Assembly: GCA_017614375.1 (NCBI GenBank)
Contig: JAGABZ010000013.1
Coordinates: 12,414-76,413 of the forward strand
Length of the DNA: 64,000 nucleotides
Reading direction: 5' to 3'
Origin: Spirochaetales bacterium
GTDB lineage: Bacteria > Spirochaetota > Spirochaetia > Sphaerochaetales > Sphaerochaetaceae
The notes beneath the pieces were generated by a model that had not been told where the DNA came from, did no database searches, and was given only the letters and a program-made list of their open reading frames with translations. This document shows positions 18,157 through 28,507 of this stretch, piece after piece (within the stretch, counting starts at the first letter, position 1; each line of letters opens with the position of its first letter). The position numbers and the translations under genes are program-made.

Positions 18157-20070
18157 ATGAAGGACGGGTTTATTAAGGTTGCCGCTGCCACTCCGGCAAT
18201 CCGCGTCGCCGACTGTGTCTACAACACCTCGAAAATCACCGACCTTATCCGCAAGGCGATAGCCGAAGGCGTCAGGCTCCTGGTTCTGCCCGAGCTCTGC
18301 GTCACCGGATACACCTGCTCCGACCTGTTTTTTCAAAAGGCCCTGGTCGACAGCGCCCGCGAATCGGCCGAAAAGATAGTCTCCTGCGTTCCGGAGGACC
18401 TGGTTGTCGTCTTCGGCTGCCCGGTCGAGTTCCGCGGCAAGCTGTTCAACTGCGCTATCGTCGCCAGCGACCGCAGAATCCTGGGAATAGTGCCCAAGGT
18501 CAACATTCCCAACTATCAGGAATACTACGAGTGCCGCTGGTTCTCTCCCGCACTCAGCCAGCCCCAGAACATCACCTTTGCCGGTTGCGATACCCTGTTT
18601 TTCAACAAGGTGGTCTTCCAGTGCCGCCAGATGCCCCTGTTCAGGCTGTCGGTGGAAATCTGCGAGGACATCTGGGTTCCCAATCCGCCGAGCGTGTCGC
18701 ATGTGGTCAACGGGGCGACCCTGATCGCCAACCTCTCGGCCAGCGACGAGTTCACCGGAAAGGCGGCCTACCGCACTTCGCTTATCAGCGGCCAGAGCGC
18801 ACGCCTCGTCTGCGCCTACATCTATGCCGACGCCGGAGAGGGCGAATCGACCCAGGATCTGGTGTTCGTCGGGCACAACATGATCTGTGAGGACGGCGAC
18901 ATCCTGGCCCAGCACCGCGAGTCGGAGGACAGATTGCTCGTCACGGAGATCGACCTCCAGAGAATCGACCATGAGCGCAAGGTCCGCAACACCTTTGCCT
19001 GTGCCGACGATCCTTCGTACATCTATGTTCCCTTCGACATGGAGTGCGCCCCCACTTCCCTCACCCGTGTTTACGAACGCCACCCGTTCGTCCCGGAGAA
19101 GGAGGGCCTGCTCTACAGCCGCTGCAACAACATAATCCGCCTTCAGGCCCTGGCCCTCAAGCGCAGGCTGCAGCACACCAATTCCAAAACCGCCGTCATC
19201 GGCCTGTCCGGAGGGCTTGATTCAACCCTGGCCCTGCTGGTCACCGTAAAGGCCTTTGAGATGCTCTCAAAGAGCCGCCGGGACATCATCGCCGTCACCA
19301 TGCCCTGCTTCGGCACGACTTCCAGAACCCGGTCCAACGCGCAGAAACTGGCGGAGTGCTACGGCTGTACCCTGAGGACAATCGACATCCATGACGCCGT
19401 CTACGGCCATCTGAAGGACATAGGGCATGACCCGTCCGTACGCAACGTCGTCTACGAGAACGCACAGGCCCGCGAACGGACCCAGATTCTGATGGATATC
19501 GCAAACGGAGCCAACGGTCTGGTCATCGGAACCGGTGATCTCAGCGAGCTTGCCCTGGGCTGGGCCACCTACAACGGTGACCATATGTCCAGCTACGGAG
19601 TAAACGCCGGAGTGCCAAAGACCCTGGTCCGCGCCCTGGTCAGCGTGGTTGCCCAGAACAGTCCGGCAGAGCTTAAGGCAATACTTGACGACATCGTCGA
19701 CACCCCTGTCAGCCCGGAACTCCTGCCTGCCGACAACGAGGGAAGAATCACCCAGAGCACGGAGAACATCGTCGGTCCGTACGAACTCCACGATTTCTTC
19801 CTCTATCACATCCTCCGCTGGGGCTGCTCCCCGTCAAAGGTACGCCGTCTGGCCCGCCACGCCTTTGAGGGCGAATACTCCTCCGAAGAAATCGAGAAAT
19901 GGCTGAGGATCTTCTACCGGAGGTTCTTCACCCAGCAGTTCAAGCGCTCATGTCTGCCCGACGGCCCGAAGGTCGGTTCGGTTTCCCTCTCCCCGCGCGG
20001 GGATCTGAGGATGCCTTCCGACGCCTCGATGGCTATCTGGATGGATGACCTGGAAGAAGACCAGCAGTAG
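18157..20070 (+). CDS. nadE: glutamine-dependent NAD+ synthetase (CN-hydrolase + NadE domains)
   Basis: 637 aa; N-terminal nitrilase-like domain, 'GLSGGLDS' PP-loop. Confidence 0.9.
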   Translation: MKDGFIKVAAATPAIRVADCVYNTSKITDLIRKAIAEGVRLLVLPELCVTGYTCSDLFFQKALVDSARESAEKIVSCVPEDLVVVFGCPVEFRGKLFNCAIVASDRRILGIVPKVNIPNYQEYYECRWFSPALSQPQNITFAGCDTLFFNKVVFQCRQMPLFRLSVEICEDIWVPNPPSVSHVVNGATLIANLSASDEFTGKAAYRTSLISGQSARLVCAYIYADAGEGESTQDLVFVGHNMICEDGDILAQHRESEDRLLVTEIDLQRIDHERKVRNTFACADDPSYIYVPFDMECAPTSLTRVYERHPFVPEKEGLLYSRCNNIIRLQALALKRRLQHTNSKTAVIGLSGGLDSTLALLVTVKAFEMLSKSRRDIIAVTMPCFGTTSRTRSNAQKLAECYGCTLRTIDIHDAVYGHLKDIGHDPSVRNVVYENAQARERTQILMDIANGANGLVIGTGDLSELALGWATYNGDHMSSYGVNAGVPKTLVRALVSVVAQNSPAELKAILDDIVDTPVSPELLPADNEGRITQSTENIVGPYELHDFFLYHILRWGCSPSKVRRLARHAFEGEYSSEEIEKWLRIFYRRFFTQQFKRSCLPDGPKVGSVSLSPRGDLRMPSDASMAIWMDDLEEDQQ

Positions 20071-20078
20071 TTTCAGCT

Positions 20079-21440
20079 TCAGATATCGAGGTTGTATTCC
20101 GCTATCTTTGAGATCAGCGTCCGTCTGGTTATGCCCAGTTCCGCGGCGGCCTTTGTCCGGTTCCCTTCCCAGCGGCGCAGGGCGTTGATGATCGATTCCT
20201 TTTCGATTTCCTTCAGGCTTTTTTGCGGAGCCAGGGGGGCTCCCGGGGCGAAATCGTTAAGCCCCTGTATCTCGCCCGGTCTGGAAACGCTGCCGCGCAG
20301 ATCAAGGCAGTCCGGAGTAATGAGGTTCCCGTTTGCGAAAATCACCGCTCTTTCGAGAATATTCTCCAGTTCCCGGACATTGCCGTAGAAACTGTGTGAT
20401 TTGAGAAGGTCCATCGCCTCTACGGAGAAACCCTCGATTCTGCGTCCGATTTCCTTGTTCAGCCGGGCCAGGATCTGGGCAGCCAGCGGTTCAATGTCAT
20501 CCGGTCTGGCCCTGAGCGGCGGGATGACTATGCGCACAACGTTGAGGCGGTAGAACAGGTCTTCGCGGAAATCTCCACGGCGGACCATATCCTCCAGGTT
20601 CTTGTTGGTTGCCGAGACGATGCGGGCGTTGATCGGAATCTGGACCGTACCGCCGAGGCGTGAAATCCTGCGCTCCTGAAGCACCCTGAGGATCTTCACC
20701 TGCAGAGGCTTGGGCATGTCGCCGATCTCATCGAGGAAAAGCGTTCCTCCCGATGCCATCTCGAACATTCCGATTTTGCGGGCAACAGCTCCGGTGAAGG
20801 CCCCCTTCTCGTGTCCGAAGAGCTCGCTTTCCAGCAGGTTCTCGGGAACACCGCCGATGTTTATCGGGACGAACGGACCGTCGCTGACCGAGGAGTTGCG
20901 GTGGATGCTCCGGGCAACGACTTCCTTTCCCGTTCCGCTCTCGCCCGTAATCAGGACGCTGGCGTTGCTTTTTGCGACTCTTGAGATGATATCGCGGATC
21001 CGCATGATTTCCGGCGACACTCCGGTGAGCAAATCATCCGGCTGCTGCTTCAGTCCGGCGCTTTCGACCATCCGGGAGAGGTCACGTGACTTGATCAGAG
21101 AGCGGATCCGGATGATGAGTTCCTCCGGGTCGAACGGCTTGACCAGATAGTCCTGGGCCCCGAGTTTCAACGCCTGGACGGCATCCGAGATCTCACCGTG
21201 GGCGCTGATCATGATAGCCGGCATCGAGAAGCCGTTCTGCCGCATCCATCCGATGAGTTCCAGCCCGTCCAGTCCCGGCATCTTGAGGTCAATGACGCAC
21301 AGATCGTAGGCCACCTCGCTCAGCAGGCGCTGGGCGGACAGACCGTTTTCAGCCCCGTCGCAGTCCATGCCCTCGGTGGCCAGATACTTTGAAAGCAGCG
21401 TCCTGATGTTGTCTTCGTCATCTACAATGAGGATTTTCAT
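20079..21440 (-). CDS. sigma-54-dependent two-component response regulator (NtrC family)
   Basis: REC domain, AAA+ 'GESGTGKE', 'GAFTGA' sigma-54 contact motif, C-terminal Fis-type HTH. Confidence 0.9.
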   Translation of the reverse strand: MKILIVDDEDNIRTLLSKYLATEGMDCDGAENGLSAQRLLSEVAYDLCVIDLKMPGLDGLELIGWMRQNGFSMPAIMISAHGEISDAVQALKLGAQDYLVKPFDPEELIIRIRSLIKSRDLSRMVESAGLKQQPDDLLTGVSPEIMRIRDIISRVAKSNASVLITGESGTGKEVVARSIHRNSSVSDGPFVPINIGGVPENLLESELFGHEKGAFTGAVARKIGMFEMASGGTLFLDEIGDMPKPLQVKILRVLQERRISRLGGTVQIPINARIVSATNKNLEDMVRRGDFREDLFYRLNVVRIVIPPLRARPDDIEPLAAQILARLNKEIGRRIEGFSVEAMDLLKSHSFYGNVRELENILERAVIFANGNLITPDCLDLRGSVSRPGEIQGLNDFAPGAPLAPQKSLKEIEKESIINALRRWEGNRTKAAAELGITRRTLISKIAEYNLDI

Positions 21441-22792
21441 TCTGCGGACCCCACGTGGCCGGCGGCAAGGATGACCGCGGCAAACTTCTCAGGAACCGCC
21501 GGAAGGGTAACCTCCGCGCGGGTGCCCCCGCCTTCGCGGGCAGAGAGCTCTATGGTGCCGTTTCTGGCCTTCAGGAACTGGCGGGTAATCGCCAGACCGA
21601 TGCCTGAACCGTGGATTTTGGTGGTGAAGAACGGGTCGAACACCTTCTTTTGATCCGAACCCTCCGGCAGGCCATCTCCCCTGTCGAGAACGGAAATCGA
21701 AACCATTCCGCGGCGTCCCGAGGTGATTTCGACCTCGACCTCAGGGTCACGCCCCGTACAGCTTTCCATGGCGTTCTTAAGCAGGTTCTCGAAAACCGAA
21801 CGGGCACGGTCGGGATCGAACTCGATGTAGGCGCGGCTGAGGCTGTCCCCGGTGAACCGCACCGGAAGGGCAAAGAGGCTGAACAGCCCCTCGATGAAGG
21901 ACCTGACCTCGATCAGCTGCGGGTTCCCGACGGGATTGCGCAGGAAATCGCTTACCTTGTTGGTCAGCTGGGTCAGACGGCCGATTTCCTGGTCGACCAC
22001 CGCGAGTTCCCCGCTGTACTGTTCGGGCAGCACCTTTTTAAGCAGGGCGACCTGGATCGTCATGGCCGAGAGCGGATTCTTGATTTCGTGGGCCAGAGTC
22101 CGGGCCGCGGCTCCCAGACTTACCAGGCTTTCCTGGCGGGTGAGCATCTCGCGGTAACGGACGTTGTTCAGATACATCCTGACAAAGATGAAGAACACCA
22201 CAATCAGCAGTGTTTCGGCGGCCCCCGCGAGCATCCAGATCCGGGTCAGGGCCTTGGCGTAGCTGCCGGCGTCCATAACGACGTAAAGAACCTCGGGGAA
22301 GTTCAGGTCGGTCTTGAGCTGTCCGGCCGTGTCGATCTGCAGCGAACCGGCGTCGATATCGATTGAAAGCCTGGCCATCCTCATGTACTGGAGAATTCCG
22401 CTTGAGCGGTTGAACCGGTACATCCCGTAGGCGGCGCTCTGCGTGCCCGCGGCGGTTTCGGTCTGGAAATCGTCATAGGGAAAGACAAACGGGACGTTTC
22501 CCAGCCAGCGGACCAGGCGGCCGGCGCTGGAATAGATTCCTATTCCGATGACGCCCTCCTCGTTCATCAGCGACGTGGCCTTGTCCGTCGTCGGATTCTC
22601 GGTCAGTGCCATATAGATCGAGTTGAAGGCGCGCTCGGCCTCAGTCTTCATCAGCAGCGTTTCCTTTTCCTCGTTGGAATAGCCGACGTAGAAGACCATC
22701 GCCGAAAAGAGGATGAAAAGCAGTCCGATCATGGCGTACGCGAACGCCTGGTCCTTTTTCTGAAACAGCTTTCCGAAAAACGCGCCGTTCAT
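21437..22792 (-). CDS. sensor histidine kinase
   Basis: TM segments, H-box 'LAHEIKNPLSAM', HATPase N/G boxes; 4-nt overlap with response regulator. Confidence 0.85.
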   Translation of the reverse strand: MNGAFFGKLFQKKDQAFAYAMIGLLFILFSAMVFYVGYSNEEKETLLMKTEAERAFNSIYMALTENPTTDKATSLMNEEGVIGIGIYSSAGRLVRWLGNVPFVFPYDDFQTETAAGTQSAAYGMYRFNRSSGILQYMRMARLSIDIDAGSLQIDTAGQLKTDLNFPEVLYVVMDAGSYAKALTRIWMLAGAAETLLIVVFFIFVRMYLNNVRYREMLTRQESLVSLGAAARTLAHEIKNPLSAMTIQVALLKKVLPEQYSGELAVVDQEIGRLTQLTNKVSDFLRNPVGNPQLIEVRSFIEGLFSLFALPVRFTGDSLSRAYIEFDPDRARSVFENLLKNAMESCTGRDPEVEVEITSGRRGMVSISVLDRGDGLPEGSDQKKVFDPFFTTKIHGSGIGLAITRQFLKARNGTIELSAREGGGTRAEVTLPAVPEKFAAVILAAGHVGSAE

Positions 22793-22793
22793 G

Positions 22794-25028
22794 TCAGTCC
22801 CGCTCCGCCGGGTTGTCCCTCTCCCGCAGACGGGCCTTCAGTCCGTGCTTCACCGCGAGGGGGACCTTTTTTCTGTGACGGATCTCAAAGCAGTAGTGTA
22901 TCCTGCGGTTGCGCTTGAAGTCGTCGCCGATTGTCTGCTCCGAGATGTCGCTTACATCGTAAAGCTCGCCGATGTACGGGTCCAGTTTGAATTTCGTGAA
23001 GTTTGTCGAGAAGATCAGAAGCCCGTCATCCGAAAGGTGGGCCATGCAGGCCTTGATCAGACGGCTGTGGTCGTACTGCACGTCGAACGTGTCCCGGCTC
23101 TTGCTGTTGGAGAAGGTCGGCGGGTCACAGAAGATCAGGTCAAAGGTGTCCCTGCAGGACTGAAGGTACTTGCGGCAATCCTGAAGGTAGTAGAAGTGGT
23201 TCAGACCGTCAAAGCCGTTGATCTCCATGTTCTTCTGCGCCCAGTCGAGGTAGGTCCCGCTGGCATCGACGCTGACGGTGCTCAGGGCTCCGCCGGCTGC
23301 CGCGCATACCGTGGCGGTGGCCGTGTAGCAGAAGAGGTTCAGAAAGCGCTTGTCCTTGGAGAGCGACTCGATCATTCCCCTCACCGGCCGGTGGTCGAGA
23401 AAGATTCCGGTATCGATGTAATCCGCGAAGTTGGCCAGGAAACGATGTCCGTTCTCATGAATCAGATACGATTTTCCGTCAGCTTTTGAGGATTTGGAGT
23501 ATTGATTGCTTCCCTTCTGGATTGAGCGCTGCTTGACGTAGATGTTCTCGATGTCGATGCCCGTCACCCTCTCGGTGGCCAGGACGAGTTCCTCCAGCCG
23601 CCTTTTGGCCGCCTCCGGGTCGATGGTCGAAGGCGCGGCGTATTCCTGCAGGCAGATCCAGCGCTTTTCGTACATGTCTATGGCGGCGCTGTACTCAGGC
23701 ATGTCGGCGTCGTAGATTCTGAAGCAGGTGACCCCCTGCTTTTCCATAAGCGGCAGGAGGGTGTCCAGATTCTTTTTGAGTCTGTTGGCCGCCATCTGTG
23801 CCCCCGGCGAAAGCGGTGTGGAAAGCCGCTCTTCCTTTCTCTGCCTGGCACGCTCGACCAGGGCGGCCTTTTCATCGGCCGTGTAGATGTAGTAGTGGGC
23901 CAGCTGGCACTCAATCCCGCCGTTGTACAGGGTGTTGGTCCTGTCGGGCTTCATGTCGACGTATCCGAGCAGGCTGCTGTCGCCGCAGAGGATCGAGGCG
24001 TACCAGCCCTCGAAAAGGGAGGTTATTGTCCGGCCTATGGCCATGTACAGCTTTTCCATTCCGCCTTCGCCGCTTCCCAGCCTGAGGCCGTACGGAGGGT
24101 CGGTGACTATGCAGCCGGGTCCGTCCGGAACATCCGAGCCGGTCACTGCGGTGAAATCGGCAACCCTGAATTCAATCTGGTCCTCGACTCCGGCGGCTCT
24201 GGCATTCTCGCGGGCAATCCGGATTGCCTTTGGGTCTATGTCCCAGCCGATAATCCGGCACTGAGGGGGCTGCTGCTTTTCGTCGGCTTCGCGGAAGACC
24301 CTGTCCCAGATTTCCTCGTCGTGGAACGGCAGCTTGTAAAAGGCGTACCTGTACGGGTCGATAAGTCCCGGGGCTGTGTTTCCGGCGGCCAGGGCAGCCT
24401 CGATGCACAAAGTACCGCTCCCGCAGAACGGGTCGAGAAATGTCGTGTTCATCCCGGACTTGTACCACTGGCTGCGCATGATGACGCTGGATGCCAGGAA
24501 CTCCGAAAGACAGGCGGAAGTCTGGTGCTTCCGATAGCCCCGTTTGGCCAGGTCACGGCCCGAGAAGTCGACGTAGTAGCTGACTTCATCACCGTGGATA
24601 TGCAGCGCAAATGAAACATCGGGGTTCTTCAGATCGACCGAGGGCCGCTCCCCTCCGCATTCCTGACGGATTCTGTCGACTATGGCGTCCTTGAGGCGGA
24701 TTGAAACGTAATGGGTGTTGTTCAGCCACCTGCAGCCGGTAACCGTCTCCGAGACGGCAAAGAGCGAATCAGGAGTCAGGAAGTTCTCCCACGGCAGGGT
24801 CAGGCTGTGCTCATAGAAACCGTCCAGCGAATCGACCGTGGCCTGATGAATCAGAACCAGAAGCCGGCTGGCGCAGCGGCTGTACAGGCAGAATCTGTAA
24901 CCCGTCTCGAGGTCTCCCTTGAAGAAAACTCCGCCGGCAGTGACCTTCACGTCATCCGAACCGGCGGCCCGGGCCTCGGTCTCTACCAGGTCGGTCTGGT
25001 TGGCAGCTGTGGTTGCGAAGAAAATCAT
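22794..25028 (-). CDS. rlmL: bifunctional 23S rRNA (G2445-N2/G2069-N7) methyltransferase RlmKL
   Basis: THUMP + two SAM-MTase domains, 'FCDPPTFSNSK' motif; 744 aa. Confidence 0.85.
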   Translation of the reverse strand: MIFFATTAANQTDLVETEARAAGSDDVKVTAGGVFFKGDLETGYRFCLYSRCASRLLVLIHQATVDSLDGFYEHSLTLPWENFLTPDSLFAVSETVTGCRWLNNTHYVSIRLKDAIVDRIRQECGGERPSVDLKNPDVSFALHIHGDEVSYYVDFSGRDLAKRGYRKHQTSACLSEFLASSVIMRSQWYKSGMNTTFLDPFCGSGTLCIEAALAAGNTAPGLIDPYRYAFYKLPFHDEEIWDRVFREADEKQQPPQCRIIGWDIDPKAIRIARENARAAGVEDQIEFRVADFTAVTGSDVPDGPGCIVTDPPYGLRLGSGEGGMEKLYMAIGRTITSLFEGWYASILCGDSSLLGYVDMKPDRTNTLYNGGIECQLAHYYIYTADEKAALVERARQRKEERLSTPLSPGAQMAANRLKKNLDTLLPLMEKQGVTCFRIYDADMPEYSAAIDMYEKRWICLQEYAAPSTIDPEAAKRRLEELVLATERVTGIDIENIYVKQRSIQKGSNQYSKSSKADGKSYLIHENGHRFLANFADYIDTGIFLDHRPVRGMIESLSKDKRFLNLFCYTATATVCAAAGGALSTVSVDASGTYLDWAQKNMEINGFDGLNHFYYLQDCRKYLQSCRDTFDLIFCDPPTFSNSKSRDTFDVQYDHSRLIKACMAHLSDDGLLIFSTNFTKFKLDPYIGELYDVSDISEQTIGDDFKRNRRIHYCFEIRHRKKVPLAVKHGLKARLRERDNPAERD

Positions 25029-25948
25029 GTCTCGTCTCCGAAAATCTCTTCTTTTGAAAATGAATAATCCGTTCCGCAGTTCAGGCAGGTGACGGTCAGC
25101 GGGTATTTCCCTTCGGCCCTGATTGCGTCCTTTTCATCCTTAGGCAGGTTCCTGACATGGGACAGGTAGTTGTCGCGGTTGCACGGGCATGAGAAGCCTG
25201 CAGGAGCCTTCTGAAGAAAGACAGGATTCAGCGGGCCGAAAACATCCGCAACATAATCCCTGAGGTCCGTACCCTCGCTGACCGCCTTTCCCAGATACGG
25301 GATTCCGGAGATTAGTTTCTCAAGTCTGCCGATGCTCTGGTCGGGACAGCCGGGAAGCACCTGTATAAACAGTCCTCCGGCGCCCATGACCCGCCCCTGC
25401 CGGTCGAACTTCAGACTGAGATCGAACACTGTCGGGGTCTGTTCACTCTGCTGATAGTAGAACGCCAGATCCTTTGCCAGGTCCCCGTACTCCATCATGA
25501 TTTCGCCCCTGAACGGTTCCTTGCTTCCTTCGATTATTTTCGTGATGCTGAGAAAACCCGGTCCGTACAGCAGGTTCAGGTCGTTGCTCTCAAGGGGTTT
25601 GTCGATCACAATCGGCGGGTCTGCCAGGCCACCCCGTACCGCTCCGCAAGCCCAGGCTTCGACGTTGAAACCCTTGATCGGACCGCCGCACTGTACGCCG
25701 AGGATTATCCGGTCATTGCCTTTGACCTCGCCGGCAAGCAGACCCGCGGCGATGTAGGCCTGACCCAGAACCCAGGTTTCCAGAAAGCCGAGGGAAAAGT
25801 TCGCCCTGACCTGGTTCACCATTTGTGTTCCCTGCAGCGCGGTCAACCGGAAATGTCCGTCGTCCATCGTGTAGATGTAACGGCAGTCACCGGGCAGTCT
25901 GCCCAGCTGTTCCAGCACCGCACCGTCACCGATGCGTTTTTTGATCAT
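25025..25948 (-). CDS. hslO: Hsp33 redox-regulated chaperone
   Basis: Hsp33 fold with C-terminal zinc centre 'CPC...CLNCG'. Confidence 0.9.
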   Translation of the reverse strand: MIKKRIGDGAVLEQLGRLPGDCRYIYTMDDGHFRLTALQGTQMVNQVRANFSLGFLETWVLGQAYIAAGLLAGEVKGNDRIILGVQCGGPIKGFNVEAWACGAVRGGLADPPIVIDKPLESNDLNLLYGPGFLSITKIIEGSKEPFRGEIMMEYGDLAKDLAFYYQQSEQTPTVFDLSLKFDRQGRVMGAGGLFIQVLPGCPDQSIGRLEKLISGIPYLGKAVSEGTDLRDYVADVFGPLNPVFLQKAPAGFSCPCNRDNYLSHVRNLPKDEKDAIRAEGKYPLTVTCLNCGTDYSFSKEEIFGDET

Positions 25949-26002
25949 AACATCCAGAATGTATTGGATTTGCGGCTTTTTTTCAAGCCGCAGGCAAGCC
26001 TC

Positions 26003-26764
26003 TCAGCTGACGACGGCCTCGGAGAGCACGTCAATCAGAAGCTGGTACTCACCGGTTATCGCGCTGATGTCCGCCTCAAGCAGCCGGTCCGGGTCAATCT
26101 CGTACCACTTCATGTCATAGCCGGCGTTGAGAATCAGCAGATAGAAGAAAGCCCTCGCCGAGCGGCCGTTTCCGTCGAAGAACGGATGCAGCGCCTGGAC
26201 CTCGCCCATGTAAAAGGCCAGGTCGTTTATGAAGCTCTCCTCGTCCCTGTCGGTGAGGTAGCGGTCGGCAAGCAGCTTGCCGAAGATATTATCCGCCATG
26301 TCCTGGATGTACTCCGGACGGCAGAACGAGGTCCGCTTCGAAGCTCCGAAGTGCCTGATTTCGCCGGCTGACGGATAGATGTCCGAAAAAAGCGCCGAAT
26401 GAATTTCCCTCAACAGATTGAAATCGAACTTCACCGGCAGTTCCCCCGCCAGAAGCTGGGCCATGCGGATCGGGACGATGCGGCTCTCGACGGCCTTGAG
26501 CTTTTCGCGGTCACGGATGTTGAAGAAGTTGACCAGGCACTTGGTCCCCGGATAGCGGCCGTCCTCGTCGCCGGAAGGTTTGAAGGCGTCATCCAGTCCC
26601 AGTTCATCGACAATCTCCTGAACCGCCTCATCGGGGTTCAATTCACCGTCGAGCACCATCCTCAGCTGCTCGTCCTGGGACTCGGTCATCTGCGCACCCT
26701 CGGCCTCCAGCGAGAACCTGAGAAAATCCATGAAAGCCTGTATCTGACCTTCGTTCATCATCAC
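26003..26764 (-). CDS. Fic family protein (class II, N-terminal inhibitory helix)
   Basis: Intact Fic motif 'HPFFDGNGRSARA'; upstream 'SLEAEG' fits (S/T)xxxE(G/N) inhibitory motif. Confidence 0.85.
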   Translation of the reverse strand: MMMNEGQIQAFMDFLRFSLEAEGAQMTESQDEQLRMVLDGELNPDEAVQEIVDELGLDDAFKPSGDEDGRYPGTKCLVNFFNIRDREKLKAVESRIVPIRMAQLLAGELPVKFDFNLLREIHSALFSDIYPSAGEIRHFGASKRTSFCRPEYIQDMADNIFGKLLADRYLTDRDEESFINDLAFYMGEVQALHPFFDGNGRSARAFFYLLILNAGYDMKWYEIDPDRLLEADISAITGEYQLLIDVLSEAVVS

Positions 26765-26780
26765 CTCCGCGCGCCGGACA

Positions 26781-27662
26781 TCAGAACTCCAGCCCGAACG
26801 CCACGCCGCCGGAGAAGCACACCCCGGTCGTAAGAATATGGAAAGTCCCCCGGCCCTCCAGCCTGAGGGAAGAAGTCGGGCGGAAACCCATCATCACACC
26901 CAGCGTCAGACCGAACCCGAAGCGCCTGTTGCCTGAAGTTAAGTCCATAGCCGCCTCCAGCCCCGCCACGGCCCCGACCGAAAGCTTTTCGGTCAGGGGG
27001 TACTCTGCCAGGGCATATCCGGTGATTCCGACCGACTCGAGCTCAAACGGCCCGTACGGATGAATCACCGCGTACAGCTCAGTTCCGGCATCCAGCACCA
27101 TTCCCAGGGCAAGTTCCGACAGATCCCCGAATTCAAGGTTCAGCCCGGTTCGGATTGCTTTCTTCGTCGTCTTGGCGACGGCGCTCTGAATTTCGGCAAA
27201 GGCCCCGATTTCAATCGGCCCACGGGTCCTTGCCGGCTCTTCAGGTTCGAGCTGAACCTCAAATTCGAGGGCGGCGTCAGACTCCGCCTCCGGGGTTTCG
27301 GTGCCGGACTCCTGTGTCTGAATTGCGGCATCGGATTCATCAAAGGACAATCCCTGACCGGGCAGTATCTCCGACTCCTCGGCAGGATAGTATGTAAGTT
27401 CCGCCGTCTCGCTCCAAATCTGTCCGTCGTAGGTCTGCTGTATATACAGCGTGTGCGGCACGCTCAGATCAAGGTCATAAAATGTGGCCGAGGTGAGGTA
27501 ATAATCCTGCCACGTCCACTCTCCCTCCGTGCTGTCCAGCTGGTAGCGGTATCCGGTCACGCTGAAGTCGTTCCAGTCCCAGACGAAGGTCAGACCCTCG
27601 CCGGTGGCCCAGATCGCGGCACAGACCGCAAACGCCAGAATCAGACAGAGTGCGCGTTTCAT
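26781..27662 (-). CDS. putative outer-membrane beta-barrel protein
   Basis: Signal peptide, alternating-hydrophobic C-terminal half ending in '...GLEF'; paralog of next gene. Confidence 0.5.
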   Translation of the reverse strand: MKRALCLILAFAVCAAIWATGEGLTFVWDWNDFSVTGYRYQLDSTEGEWTWQDYYLTSATFYDLDLSVPHTLYIQQTYDGQIWSETAELTYYPAEESEILPGQGLSFDESDAAIQTQESGTETPEAESDAALEFEVQLEPEEPARTRGPIEIGAFAEIQSAVAKTTKKAIRTGLNLEFGDLSELALGMVLDAGTELYAVIHPYGPFELESVGITGYALAEYPLTEKLSVGAVAGLEAAMDLTSGNRRFGFGLTLGVMMGFRPTSSLRLEGRGTFHILTTGVCFSGGVAFGLEF

Positions 27663-27664
27663 GA

Positions 27665-28474
27665 TCAGAGCGCCTTCGTCTTTATCGGGAGGATGTAGTT
27701 GATCTTGGCTCCGATGCTGAAGTCATTGTTGGCATAGAGCCTCAGTCCGGCCTCACCGACGAAACTGAACGTCAGGGCATCGTGGGTCAGGACGTTCATG
27801 TCGACCATCCCGCCGATTCCCGCCGCGAATCCGATCAGGCCCAGCTTGTAGGCGACTTCACCTCCGAACTTGAAACCGAGGGTCATGGGCTTGTCCCAGA
27901 ACAACCCGAGAACGAATCCGGCTCCGACCTTTGAATTACCGGAGAAGTAATCACGGGCATAGGAAATGGACAGGGCCTTTGACAGGCCGCTCTGAGTCTG
28001 GTACAGAGCCCCGGCAAAGTCAAAACTGGTAATGCCGTATGTGCCTTTCTTCTCTGCCGGTGCCTCTGCCTCAACCTCGGCAACAGCTTCAGTGGTCGCA
28101 ACCTCCGGCTCGGGGGACGGCTCGCTTACAGCCACCGCGGCGGCATAGAAGGCCTCGGCGGAAACGCTCCAGATTGTTCCGTCATAGGAGGCCTGAACAT
28201 ATACGGTGTGGTCGGCGTTCTCGTCGACGGTAATCAGGATTCCCGGAACGGAGCTGTCACACGCAATCCACAGGCCGTCCTCCTGTCCGTCAACCTGATA
28301 GCGCAGGTACTGGGGGACGTTCTCGACTCCGGTCCAGTCGAAGGAAACGAAGATGTCGGCGGCGAATACCATCGCCGAAGCGGCAATCAGAACCAACAAA
28401 AAGGCTGCTGTTCTCTTATTCATCATTCTCTCCTGTCCGGACATCCGCGGATGCCGGCTGTTTGAATATAGCAC
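27665..28474 (-). CDS. putative outer-membrane protein (paralog of 26781..27662)
   Basis: Signal peptide; shared N-terminal W-x-W containing domain ('FDWTGVENVPQYLRYQVDG' vs 'WDWNDFSVTGYRYQLDS'). Confidence 0.5.
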   Translation of the reverse strand: MLYSNSRHPRMSGQERMMNKRTAAFLLVLIAASAMVFAADIFVSFDWTGVENVPQYLRYQVDGQEDGLWIACDSSVPGILITVDENADHTVYVQASYDGTIWSVSAEAFYAAAVAVSEPSPEPEVATTEAVAEVEAEAPAEKKGTYGITSFDFAGALYQTQSGLSKALSISYARDYFSGNSKVGAGFVLGLFWDKPMTLGFKFGGEVAYKLGLIGFAAGIGGMVDMNVLTHDALTFSFVGEAGLRLYANNDFSIGAKINYILPIKTKAL

Positions 28475-28507
28475 TAAAAGTCCGACTAATCCACATCAAG
28501 ACTTCCC

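Noticed and set aside
25949-26002. Perfect 8-bp stem hairpin 'tgcggctt-tttttc-aagccgca' between the Fic gene and hslO, as a possible terminator
   Set aside because: On the transcribed (minus) strand the stem is not followed by a U-tract. It may be an RNA stability or attenuator element, but there is no support for an intrinsic terminator. It is mentioned under the Fic finding only.
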